Shown in pieces: positions 14,191 through 26,948 of a stretch of DNA of 64,000 nucleotides (the stretch's first letter is position 1; each line of letters opens with the position of its first letter). The stretch is from Camelus ferus. Taxonomy: Eukaryota. The position numbers and the translations under genes are program-made. The notes below the pieces were generated by a model, which was not told the origin of the DNA, made no database searches, and was given only the letters and a program-made list of their open reading frames with translations. Location of the stretch: contig NC_045697.1 in NCBI RefSeq assembly GCF_009834535.1, forward strand, positions 80,168,001-80,232,000. The letters run 5' to 3'.

Positions 14191-15886
14191 CCATCAGTGT
14201 GTTAATGCTCTGTCCTTCAGTATAAATAGCCAGCAGTATAAAATAATCCTGTGCAGTCGTGAGTGTAGGCTTTTATTTTTTTCAATGATTTCTATTGCTG
14301 TTGTTTAGCTTATAATTAGTTTCTTTTAAACAACCTATTCCTTTATCAAAAGTATAAAATTTCAGTTTAAAGAAAAAGAATTCAATGTATGCTTGGGTAC
14401 ATTTATTTAGAACTATACATTCCTGAATAACTGAACTCTTGGCTTCACGAGTGCCCGCAGATCAGAACGCAGGATAGCTGAGAAGGATATCCTCTGTGCT
14501 ACAGAACAACATATATCTTTGTTCGTTCTGCAAAAAGCAAAACTAAAAAACAAAAAGACCCACCAAAATTAACTGAAGTGTGATGTCCTTGGTTTTGTTT
14601 TTTGAGAAACAACTAGGCTTACTACAGTTAGAGTATAAAAAAATGTTATTCTGTCTGCACATTTACTGAGTCCCATATGATAGTTTTAAAGGTCTTTGCC
14701 CTTGTTTCCAGGTCCACACAAGTTTCTGAACATATTTCAGTATTTCTCATACCTGATCATATTTCAGTGTTGCTTCAATGAAGTTGATGCTAACGGTTTT
14801 GTCACTCACTGCTATACAGATCACACAGATACTTCAACAATGTCATTTCCCTTTTTTATGAGTGTTAAATAGTACTCGTCCCCCTCTGACCCATCCCCCC
14901 TGATGGGACTGACAAGATAACACAGCAGATCTTACTACTGCCCAAGGATATGCAGCAGTCTGCTGTCCTTGTAATCCCATACTTTCTAGCTAATTCGCAT
15001 CTTCAGCAGCCACAAAAATAGTAGCTTGTGCTTTCATTGCAAAGTCTATCATTATCCAATCTATCATTCCAGAATCAATGAATGGGACTTGTAAAGGCAC
15101 ATCACGACTAGTGAAGTGGAAAGAAGAGAGGCCAATTCATAAAACACGCCATAGAACCCAGCCTCATCTGTACACTGTTTGAAAGAGCTAGAGCATCTAC
15201 AATCAGAAGGAAATTAGGGAACTAGTGAAAAAAATAGTTTATGGAATAAATAACATAACTGAGGAATTTTTTTAAATTTGAAAAATTATGGGAAAAATAA
15301 TAGACTCTCTTGATAAGTCAATTGTATAATGCATTTGTCTATGGCATTGTGGACCCCAAGACCAGGGCTCAATGTAATACACGTGCCTATATGCTAACTT
15401 AGATGATTTGATGATTATTGTAGCCTGAGATGTCAGACCATGGATCAAAAAGGCACGGCAGTAGTTATCTGGATAAATTTACAATGGCTTGCCAGGACTT
15501 GGAAGACTTACTTAGATTTGGAGGAAAATCACCTCCCATTTCCACTACACTCATATACACATTCACAAAATGACGTGAATCGTTGTAACTCTTCTGATGT
15601 CCCCATGCATTTAACAGTTAGCAGTGATGAGACTCCTAGGACCAAGAGACATTTCTGTGATTAGTTACTACATTTTTCAAAGCTTAATTTGGGAGGGTGA
15701 AGATATCTTATTAGATCAGAAATTCTTAAATGAGTTCTCGTGGCTAATGCTTTTTATTAAAGTGATACCTCATGCTGGCACCATATAACCAGTGCAGCTC
15801 TGGGATATTCTCCTCTACATTCTGCTTAAAAAATTAATTTAAAAGTACACGGACCAAAAACATTGCCTGCCATTTTCAGCAAAGTA

Positions 15887-16268
15887 TGAATGTTGCTGCC
15901 ATCAATTTATCAGCCACTACAGCCCCTAATAGTGCACCCTGAGGGGAATTCAGGATGGAGCAAAACAGGACACTCGTCTTAGATAGTAAATACGCATATT
16001 AAAGGAATAACATCAATAAGCCCAGACTCTTGCATCCTATATACAGAAAAGCACTAAAATCATTCACTTGAGATGTCTATTTTTTTGTGATTAGCAGAAA
16101 TCTTTTCATGTTCCACTACTTATTTTTTTTTCCCCCAGCAAAAACTCCTATATATCCTGACTCCTCTCTTCCATCTTTGGAACAGTTCCTTAGAGCTATC
16201 TGAGGGGTTGCCTCCAGGGCTATAGTTTTCAGTAAGGTCCCTACATAAAACATAACTCTAACTTCTAG

Positions 16269-16307
<39 letters not shown>

Positions 16308-16318
16308 CCCAGTCAACA
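15887..16318 (+). mobile_element. ERV1-class solo LTR (432 bp), resembling cetartiodactyl MER41-like LTRs
   Basis: TG...CA termini; identical 4-bp flanks AGTA (15883-15886 and 16319-16322); TATA-like CCTATATA and a degenerate polyA signal ACATAAAA near the 3' end. Family name from recall. Confidence 0.85.
16271..16306. repeat. (GT)18 microsatellite inside the 3' end of the solo LTR
   Basis: Counted directly. Confidence 0.97.
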
Positions 16319-18884
16319 AGTACATGTTGGACTATCTTGGCCAAATTTTACAGGACCAGGACCAGGAAAGTTATTCTTGTTTTAATCAATGTAAGTGCAA
16401 TAAGAAAATTTATGAACTATGTATTTCAGAACTAATAACATATTACTGTTGTTTTCATTTATTCTAGGATGTATTATAAATGTAAACTATCATAAAATAT
16501 AACTTATGGTAGATACATATTTGAGTATGAGATACTTTTTTCCCTATATTTGTTGAATTCAAAAGATGAACATTCAATCAGGTTATCTGATGAGTAGTTA
16601 ACAGTCTACATTTGGAAACTTGAAGTTCCAGGGGGACAGACCACTGGGAACACCGACAACGGTTATCTTTAGCGCTTGCACAGGGAGATTATACAACACG
16701 TCACAAAGCACCGAAGAGAGAATTCTTCAACAATTCACAGCACTGCTCACGTTAGAAAATTCTAGTACAGACTTTAAGGACCTTACCAACTCAGATACAG
16801 GAGCCTACACATTCATCCCAAGCAAATGTATTATTTGTTTTATCCTCCATAACAAACAAATAAGCGCTCCATTTCGTTTTTAACTGTTCATGTATTTAAA
16901 CAGCATTAGTAAGTTCCAGCTTGGTCTACTCTTTTTTCACTTATAAAGGTAATAAGTGAAGAGCTTCTATTTCTTGAAGAGAAATTTAAAAACAGTCTCA
17001 TATGCTCACACTGTTTCTACATTGGTCAAAATACCTCTAAAAAAATCACAACAATCTCTCTAAAGTAAAGCTATCTTTTCTGTCATTAAAGACCATTAAC
17101 CTTTTCAGAGGCATTTCTCTATTCTTCAGCAGTATCTTTAGATTTTTGTTCACCTTAACTCTATATAATGTAACACAACATTTGATTAGAACACTCTACT
17201 TCTCAGTACAGTAGGTGAGGTAGAGAGCAAAAATCCTCTGTAGTCAAAACAGACATCCCCACCGCAAGCTGTGTTTCCCAACTGAAAACATTCTCTAGTT
17301 CAATGGAAACAAATGACATTTTGGAGCAGAATTTCTTTCTTTTCCTTCTTTTAAAATCTGAAAACACACAGTGATGATAGGTTTTTGTCTATTACTCAAA
17401 TTATCCCTAAAATCCAAAATTCTCCCCTTAACATTTGCCATCTGTATTTTGCTAGACAGACACAGTGTAAACAACCACATGTAGTGATGTTAATAAAGAA
17501 ACCAATGATCCCATAATGAATTATTTCAAAAACAAACAAATAATAGGTCTTTCGCACTTAATCTGTTCACTTCTGTCAAGATGGTTAGTCTCCCTTTGAG
17601 GAGACACTGAACTGGGTAATCACAATCTCCAAAAGGAATGTTTTATGTATGGTTCTTCAGATAGTTTGCTTGAGAAGTGTATAAATAATTTTGCATTGAC
17701 ATGCTCCTTTCAAAAATAGGTATTTTACTTTTGTCAAAAACAGTCTGCATACTTTTCTTTTATTCCCATCAGAGATAATCAAGACACTCAAAAGTAAGCC
17801 AATTTTTCAAAATATCTGGAAACATCCAGGGATGAAAGGATCCATTTTAATGAGGGAAGACTGAGTCATTACTCAAAATATGTTATGTTTAATTAAAAAT
17901 AAAACATGTCTCTGAACTCAAAAATTTTAAGGATTCAAACAAAACTTCATGTAAAAACCTCATAATTAATTCATTTATTTATTGAGTGCCTACTATATGA
18001 TACCATGGAGGCAAAAAAACCCCCAGTGAATTAAAATAATCTGCTTGTTTAAAATTCATGCCAAGTTAAAATAATACTGTTACCTTAATAAAAGCTTTTT
18101 TAAAATCCTGGCTTCAGTTTTAACCCCAAAATTAATTTATTTTCTGTACTTGGGCAGCTTCCATGTGTGTTTATGTATATAGATGGGCTGGATTCTATAT
18201 TGTGGGTCTTAACATTTACAGATGTTTACCCACTTATCAAAATAAATGGCTTAGAAAGTAGAAACACTGATGCTAAAATAAAAAACACAGGTCCCTTTAG
18301 ATTTATGGACTCTTTTAATAGTGGATCTCTGTGCTTATATCTACTCATCGGAAAGAATGGCCAGAAATAATATAATTAATTTTCTGACTAACTATCATGG
18401 GCCAGGCATTTAACAAGTATCATCTCTAGTCAAATGACTGTTATGTTATTGTCATTGTGAAGTTTGAACCAAATGAAACTGTCATTTTTGAAGGTAAAAA
18501 ATGGTTAAGTATTGAGACATTATTATCTCTACTGCACACAATATGACTCCGAGAGGTTTACATGAGCAGCCGGACTACATAGCTGATCAAGGGCTGGGCT
18601 GTAATCCAAACTTACTATGTTTGATACCAAAACACACACTCCATCCAAACAGGAAAGAGGATCCTGTGATTTACTTTTTATATTTTCATTTTCTATATAT
18701 TTAGCTCCTAAATTGTGGGTGAAGGCAGGGAACACGTGGACAAAAACCTGTGAGGATAAACAGCTGGGATATGATCCTAAATTTTAGAGAATTCTAATCA
18801 TTTTAGTAGCTGTTAGGACATGGCATGGTTGATGTCCACCGTGGAGAATGGGAGCAATGGATTTGGAGGAAAACAATTTAAAAT

Positions 18885-19405
18885 AAAGTCATCAAGGGAA
18901 ATTTGAGAGGGTAACATTTGACCAGAGCTTAAAAAAGAGAAGTGCCAGCAAGCACATGGAATCTAGATCAGGACATAGCAGGCAGGGGGTGGCAAGTGCA
19001 AAGGTCCTGAGGCAGAAACCTGCTTGAAACATGTCAGGATAGTGTTCCTGAGACATCAGATAGTAAAGGGAGGTATGGCTGGAGGAGGTCCTGATCACTG
19101 AAGGCCTTATGATCTATTCTAATGGCATTGGTAGCCACTGGAAAATACAAAGCAGAAACAAGACATGATCTGATATAGTTTAAAAGCATCACTCTGGCTA
19201 CTGTGTTGTGAAAAGACCATAGGCAGGTAATGCTAAAGCAGACAGACTGGTTAAGAAGTCATGTCAATAATATAGGCAAATGATGATGGTATATTGGACC
19301 AGGGTGATACAAGTTGAGTTAGTGAGCAGTAGTAGTCAATTAAAAAAAATTGAGTGTATTTCGAAGGGAAAACCAGTAAGATTGGTTGACAGACCAGATG
19401 TATAA
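18885..19405 (-). mobile_element. Degraded LINE-2 fragment
   Basis: GCAAGTGCAAAGGTCCTGAGGCAGAAAC...GACATGATCTGATATAGTTTAAAAGCATCACTCTGGCTACTGTG is recognisable as antisense L2. Confidence 0.7.
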
Positions 19406-22400
19406 ACAAAACTGGGGAGACAAAAAAAGCAATACCTATAACTAAATTCGTCTTTTGGAACCAAACATGATGCTACTTTTCATACGATGGACTAGCACAT
19501 TCTGCTTAACAACACTGACCAAGGGGAAAACACTACATTATTACATATCAAAGAAATAACAATAAGTCGACTATACATTAATAAAATTAGTTTAAAGAAA
19601 AGAAATAAAGAAAATATAGATTACCTAATTCACTAAGTGTTAAGGATAAACATTTCATTCATGCACCCTGGAAGAAATTCTCTTTAACATAGAGTAAAAT
19701 TTTAATGCAAAAGCAGCCATTCATTGGGGAAATGTAGCAGCAGATGTAATTTTTTTAAAGAATGTACTACATGACTGAGAACTCCTTGTGGGAAAAGGTC
19801 GGTCTTTTTAGCCTCAGCCTAGTCATATCCAGTACAGAGCAGGTGTTCAATAATCTTTTTAAAAAAACTGAATGAATCCAAATTTTTCAAATAGAGGTCT
19901 CTTTGTTAGGAATTATGTGTTCGTGCATCTGAAATTTTCTGTATTTGCTCACAGATGACTACTTGTAGCAATGTCCTTACGTTTATTTTTGAATGAACAT
20001 TTTATTCCCTGCTTTAGAATAATCTAGATACTAGCCAGACACAAGAGACATTACCACATGCAGAATCATCTTGATCTTTTCTAGACTTGCTCATGAGGGT
20101 AAGAAGTGTGGCCAGTGCCTCATTAGTGCACCTTACATTGTAGGTGCCTAGGGAATATTTACTGCACTAAATTGAGTAACGAAAATACTATTCTAAATGC
20201 AAATAATAAAAACTGTTACTTTTAGATAACTCTCTTCTATTAGCTCCCTCATTCAGTCCTGCTTTCTCTGCTCCTCCTTGTAATATCTTAGTTCTCGACT
20301 AAACATACTGGTCTGAAATTGAATGACTTGTAACCTGGTAGAACAGACTAAAAATGCTAAGATTAAGACGAAGATTTATTTCTCTGACTACTTTAGACCT
20401 AATTTCTCCTGAGAAAATCAGAGGAATTTTATAGCAGAAATCTATACCAGAAAAAAAAGAGGCCGTTTCACGGACAAGAAGAATCACTAAAGGATACAGA
20501 CATATAATTTCACATAATTTCTAGGTATGTTTAATTGATAGAAAATAATATAAACTCAGCAGAGGACATAGTATTTCACTAAAGTAATTATTTTATTCTA
20601 ATAAATAATTTCAGAATTATGAAGTTCACAGTTAATAAAACATAAATAATAATGATTTAACTTCTACATAGAAATGGATGAGGTCAAGTAGTAATTGTAG
20701 ATATTAAATTAATTTTATATAGGAGATAATTTAAAAGCATGAAATACAACCCCATAATAATTCTTACTGGAATGTAGTTAAAGTACTAATTTTATAGCCC
20801 ATTAGTACTGTAATAACTTTGTATATATAGGTTAGAAATCATATTTTTCCCATTGTAATAACATTCCCTAAAACTGCAGTGATTTATTCTTGTGATTCCA
20901 GTGATTTAATTCAACTTCTAATTCAACTTTGAATTAAATGTCTTTCTATAATTATTTTGAATAGTTTATATTATTAATATCCATATTACTTCACTATATA
21001 TTATGAGATCCCCCCCGAACAATGTCCAGATTCCAATTAGATTCTTGCTAATTTTTTTTAGGTTAGTAAAAAAAAAAATAGAGTTATCATCTGAAAAGAT
21101 GAAGGAGATATAAAGAGTAATAAAATATTTTAAAACTTGCACATAATGTTAAATTTAGCAGCTTATTAAATTTTTATCAAGTAACAGGAAATAGATACAT
21201 AAAAAACTAAAGTTTTACACTCAATATACACAACTATATTATAGTGTAAATTAGATCTTGTTGACCATGAAATTTTTGATCATATAAACTGTGAGTCTGA
21301 TTACTTCTTATATTAACTTCCACATAAAGTAGTATCTATGAATGGTAAATGTTAAGAGTTTTAAATTTTAAACTCTGAATTTTTAAAATGAATTCAAAGT
21401 TAAAAATGTGGGAGCTTAATCAAGATTTAGAAACTGATGGAAGGAATCTTATAACACAGCTGCTTTTAGAATTTATGCAGTATTTAATAAAATAATGCTA
21501 CATTATTTTCCTACAGAATTTTTTAAAAGTTTTCTAAATTTCTATACAAATTTTTGCAAACTTGCTAAAAAAAGCCATTTACAGAATTTTTGAACTGAGA
21601 AAGCATCCTAATATAGAATGAACTTATGTTTTTCTAATGATAAAGTGAGTAGTTACATGTTTTTGTTGGTTGGTTTCATTTGTTTTGTTTTTTTATTTCA
21701 GATTTTGTTTTACGCTGAAGTTGGCAAGAGTTTTGACCCTGTATTTTGTCAGCAGGGCTAAACAAGCCTGAGGCTGTCACTGACAAATTTAAGATTCAAA
21801 TCTCACAGAAAGCAAAGTGTAAAGAGAAAAAAAAGTGAGTGTGGAGGGTAAAATAAAGGGAAAAGAGAAAATGAAGTCATTTTATGGTCATTTGGTGGTA
21901 GAGTAGAATGGATTTTGCATCAGTCCCACAAGTTATTGATCCTGGTTGAAAAGTTGAAAGATCAACAGGTAGGTATGTGCATGCAGACAAGAATGTTTCT
22001 AAATAAATCTTTTGAAAAATAAAATTTTGGATTAGAAACCTGAAAGAAGTTATACATGGCACTACTGGTTTTCTAAGATACTTTGAACCTAACAGAATGA
22101 TATAATTATCAAAAGTCCTTAAATACAATATCCAGGAGTTTCTTGATTTGCAGATTCTCTTGAAGCAAAAAATGCATGCAAGACAAGGTCTGAGTTACAG
22201 ATTACACTCATGTGAAGCTGAAGAAAACTGCCATCAAGTGGTCATCTACCCCAGGGGAGCCTACACAGAAAGGGTGATTTGCACTGAACAGTTGAGTCCA
22301 AGTTTTAAGTCATCATACTGTCCACTGAAGGTCAAATTTACAAGACATTCACATAGAAAGCTCATTAATCAAGTGATTCTGTAGATGAGCTGAGACCATG

Positions 22401-22552
22401 ATATCCAGGTGTCATCGCATACCAGGCCCTACTCATGAGAAAAGGCTGTTAACGCCTGTGCCCTTAACTGGGCCTTATGCATACATTCTAGGCAGCTTTA
22501 TTACCATCGCCTACTTGTCGGCAAAAGCAAAAAGAGGGTAAACAACACACAC

Positions 22553-22606
22553 CAGTCTCACAGCAATACATTTCTACCCACAGCAGTCTCACAGCAATAC
22601 ATTTCT
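22553..22606. repeat. Perfect 23-bp direct repeat CAGTCTCACAGCAATACATTTCT, two copies with an 8-bp spacer
   Basis: Copies at 22553-22575 and 22584-22606. Confidence 0.95.
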
Positions 22607-25600
22607 GCTTGTGGTACAGAGCTCCACCCCTAGACCCGTGGGAAAGATGAATGCAGCAAGAGAGTCAAGCAGCTGCTGAACGGGGAGTTGAAGTGAGATA
22701 CTGGAAGCAGGATGAGTGACATAGATTGCCTAAGGGCACACAGGAGCCCAGCTTCGACAGGCGATGTGCAGGTGTGGCATTCTGGGAAAGAGCAGCAGAT
22801 GGACCTAACTGACGCACACCCCACAGGAAGAAGCAGCTGACTTTGTGCAATGGTGCCGGGGAGGCTAGGAGGTGGAGACGCACTGTGGCATACAGCGAAA
22901 GGCCCTGCAAACTGTGGCTACAGTCACAAACAAAAGGACAGTCTTCACACGTATACAGTGCTGAAAGCACCGCTGCCATGTACCCTGGGCTTTCGGTACA
23001 CCCACCCCCACGGAGAGCAGCACTGGTGGCCCTACTGACTATTAATGAAAGGCTACTGATGACAGCTGTTTAATAAGACCTGACATTAAAGAATATAACT
23101 GTTTTACCAGAAATATATTGAAAATGGAATAACTATTTCAATAATTTTGGATCAAAAAAAATCTCATTTTGAAAACCCAACTAAGTTCTCCTACAAAAAC
23201 TTTTCTAAAAGTGTGTAATGGGCTGTTACTGTCACAGTGCTTCGGTGGTAATAACTGCTACATTATGGCGCTCATTTGTTTTTAAACTGTTAGTATCTCT
23301 CCATTACACAGTTTACTGACAGAGCATTAGAGATAATATTTGGTTTTTGAATACAGGACAAATTTAGGAAGTGGCTCAAAAGGTCAACACTATGAAGTCA
23401 ATACATTGCCCTGGAGAAGGCAAACACTGGACTAGAAGCTTTTTACACAGAAGAGATGTAAAACAATGTGAGTCTCTGAGGATGACTGGGAACTTGGGAA
23501 GGAAAATGTCGTGGTTATAACTAAATGCTGAAGGTTTTTAAGAAAAAGAAAATAAAATAACTTTTAGATATAAAATGCATTTATCTTAGGTCTCACTTTT
23601 TCAGTAAGTTTTCCTGATATTTACTGAATTAAAATGTGAAAAATGGCTTAAATTATAGCATGAAAGATTCATATGAATCAGAGAGAAGAATGTTTTGACT
23701 GAGTTGTTGAAAGCTCTTGAATAAGACTAGTTCACAAAGACAAGATACGGCACTAAGGCAAATGGGAGACCTTCACTAGATTTTTCCTGAAAGAATGAAG
23801 AAACTGAGCTAGCCTAGATACAATTCAAGAGTAGCATGGATCGGGCTCTCCTGAAAGGCAAAGGCCATTCTGGATGGAAAGTAACAAGCAGAGTTCAGGG
23901 AAAAGGGACCATCTCCAAATCCTGGCTTTCTCGGTGCTCTACTACAACTTCTGCTTTCTTTCTCCTCTGACGACTGCTAGTCTTTCTACCTTTTTCCTCC
24001 AGAAGAGGCCAGAAAAAGATATTCGGTTGTTCATTCACCTCATTTCTTCCTTTGGCAAGGTCACCATGATGTGTTCATTTCCACTCCCCTCATCTCCCAC
24101 CACGTTTCTTTACAGAGTTGAGGAGGCAGAACTGTTTCTGCCAGACTGGTCCTTGGGATGGGAAAGAATGTGCACTCCCTTGGCACAGGAAGCACATGAC
24201 GTGGCATTCAAGGATCACACACCACCACAAAATGATGAGTCTCGGTGCTGGCGTCAGGTGGGACAACCAGCTGGAATGAATGGAGCATGCGGATGGGCAC
24301 AGGGAAGTGTGCTGTGGGACTATACCCTTAAGACTATGTTAAAAGCTGTGGTGTTTCATTCCAATTAGAAGGTTGTACACAGAAAGGATAGGGTTGGAAA
24401 GTGTATGTGTAGAAGAAAGACATGCAATTTTGTGGAGAGGACATAGTTCTGTGATGAGGGTATGGACCTGGTCAGGTTGTATAACTGATGGGTCTTTGTG
24501 AGCTCCTAGATGTCAGATATGTGGGTAACTTTGGGTTCCAACAGAGCTGGACAATAAACACATTCCCTACTAAGCTATTCAGAGTTCTAGCAAACTCTGA
24601 GGTGAAAAGAGCCCAGTCATTCAAATGTGGAAATTTATTAGGGTTTTTCTGAAAGACACTGCACAGGTCATGGAGAGATTCCCCCACAAGCACATCACCA
24701 CCGTGATCAATACATTAAAAACATTTGTAACAGTTTTTTGTACCACCTGTCTTACAGTCAGAATGATGGCCTGGGTGATTTTTCGAATATCTTCTAGTCT
24801 AAAGTTTTCTGATAACAGTCAATATTAAAAAGGTTAGCCACCAAAAGTCTGTCTGGGTCTTAGAAAGAGAAAACAAATGAAGACAAATGTGTTATATACA
24901 TGACTCTGTGGCCACATCCACACTAGGAAAATAAAGCAGACACTTAAATAATTAGTTCATTGAGTTCAAGGAAATGAGCCAAAGCACTTTGGGCTCAATT
25001 ACCAACTGGACATTTCTTTTGATCTCAGTATTACACTTAACTTCTCTAACATTTGGTGTGCATAGACTCAGCATAACTATAAAGACAAGTACCGTTTCAA
25101 TTTGTGAAATCCCAGAGGTAAGAGGAAACCCATGTCACGGTGATCTGAAGTGAAGAACTGTCTTCTGAGAAGTATGATGTAGTTTCATTTTGCCAAATAA
25201 ACATAAGCTGCAAGGTAAGCCTGTCAGGGACTCTGTTTATCTACTGACATTCACACAGGTTCATAGCAGTCACCCTAGACCAATAATGTAGTACAGTGGA
25301 GAGTTGAATTCAGGTCAGAAAGACCACTTATTAAAACCCTGCTTGTGATCACCTAAGAATAAGCACATTCCTTGGAGGATGAATTGCACACAGTGAGGTG
25401 TTGGTATTCTCCTAATTTTAATCAGTTATTTAAAGATTCAATCTTGCCAGTGGATAGTGCGCAGGTTATTTCTTCTTTTTGACTCTTGCTCAAGGGAAGA
25501 ATGTAAAGTTATATAAACATGGTGTTTGGCTGAAAGAGCTAATGAATCCAAAGTATTTACAACAATGATGCTTTCTGAATCACTGGGAGAGCGAAATGAC

Positions 25601-26899
25601 ACATCTGCTTGTTTGATTAAAAAAAATCTCTTTATCTAATATGGCTGGTATAGATGATTCATAAAATTACTTCAGTTCAAAATTTTAGCTCAGAGGTAAG
25701 ATGGAGATGAACAGACCTACTAAATAAAATCCTTGACACACTATCCACCTTTCCACTGTGAAAAATAATGACTGACCACCTCTAGCAGAGTTAGGTCAGT
25801 GCGCCAGTAATATAAATAGAGAGCATGCTTTAATAGTGTCTGCTGTTCTATTCAACCAAAGAGGGAGAAGTCAGCAGAGGTGACTGGCAACTTGTGGACT
25901 ATAGACATCTTTATTTCCTAAATTGCCTATATGTCTCCTTGACCTGAGACTTTCCAGGTTCTTTATTCTACAACATGAATACAATTTTTCAAAATTATAT
26001 CTTACTGATTTCACCTATGGCATTAAACCCATGATGACACTATCAGGTAATAATCTTTCCAGATAATGTTTAATTATCCAATGGATCATTTCCCTGAATT
26101 TGTTTTATAATTCTTTAATACTTCTGTTTTAAATATCCCCATTTTTACCATTCTTTTTTGGAATGGCTTCTAGTTATGTAGCCTGCAAAAGTTATAGTTA
26201 TGTACATTGAGTTACAAAAATAAGAATACAAAACTGCAAAGGCAATTGAAGCAAAATGAACACTTCTAAAAGAGCCGTGAGACCAAAAAGAAGAAAAGTA
26301 ATTGCAAACATGTGTTTAGTATGTGTGTGCAGAGGCACTGAGATGTCTGCAGACGTGCTGGCAATGACTCACATGCGTAGCTAGCAGAACCTGGGCAAGT
26401 GAACTGAATGGGGATCAGAACATATTCGGAAAATCCATGAAAATCTAGCTTAAGAAGGCTGCCAAATGCAGAATTCTACTGAAACCCCTTTGAGACCATT
26501 GAAAATTTTTAAAAATGGTTATTTTCATACTTCATTTTCGAATGTAAGTTCTTTTCTAGAGATACATATACACTGTATATTACCTTTTGACTGATACATG
26601 TACCATTTGATCTTATGATCCTGAACTGTCATTACTAGTTTAAAATCACAATATGCTTGAGTATACCACATCGTCCATAGTTGTCTATAGTTTAAAGACA
26701 GAGAAAATAATATAATGTGGAGGAAAAAACAGACAAAACAAGTACATATAATTAAAATAGTAATGTACTTATAAAAAGAAACTTATTTCTCATGTCTTAG
26801 AATAAGCCTAGTTCCGAAACTTATTATTTGAAACAAATTTTTTTTTCTTACAGATATGTAACCGTGAATTGGGATTTTCTGTTTCTGGTTTAATCATAC

Positions 26900-26948
26900 C
26901 TTTCACATCTTCATCCTCAATTGTTGTATTTGAACTCTCAGTTGACTC
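26900..26948 (-). CDS. CAMK2D: CAMK2D exon 17 (49 nt): ESTESSNTTIEDEDVK(A)
   Basis: Translated by eye. Acceptor cttctcaacag|GAG, donor AAAG|gtatga. Confidence 0.98.

Noticed and set aside
11793..14196. CCATCA at both ends of the long L1 as a TSD
   Set aside because: Only 6 bp, and the left copy is also explained as L1 coding sequence; cannot be confirmed without the empty site.
22553..22606. Repeat-spacer-repeat pattern as a CRISPR-like array
   Set aside because: Only two copies with an 8-bp spacer, in mammalian intron; a simple tandem duplication.
23874..24368. Longest ORF in the track (164 aa, plus strand)
   Set aside because: No recognisable domain or splice context; antisense within an intron, and a length plausible by chance in 64 kb.
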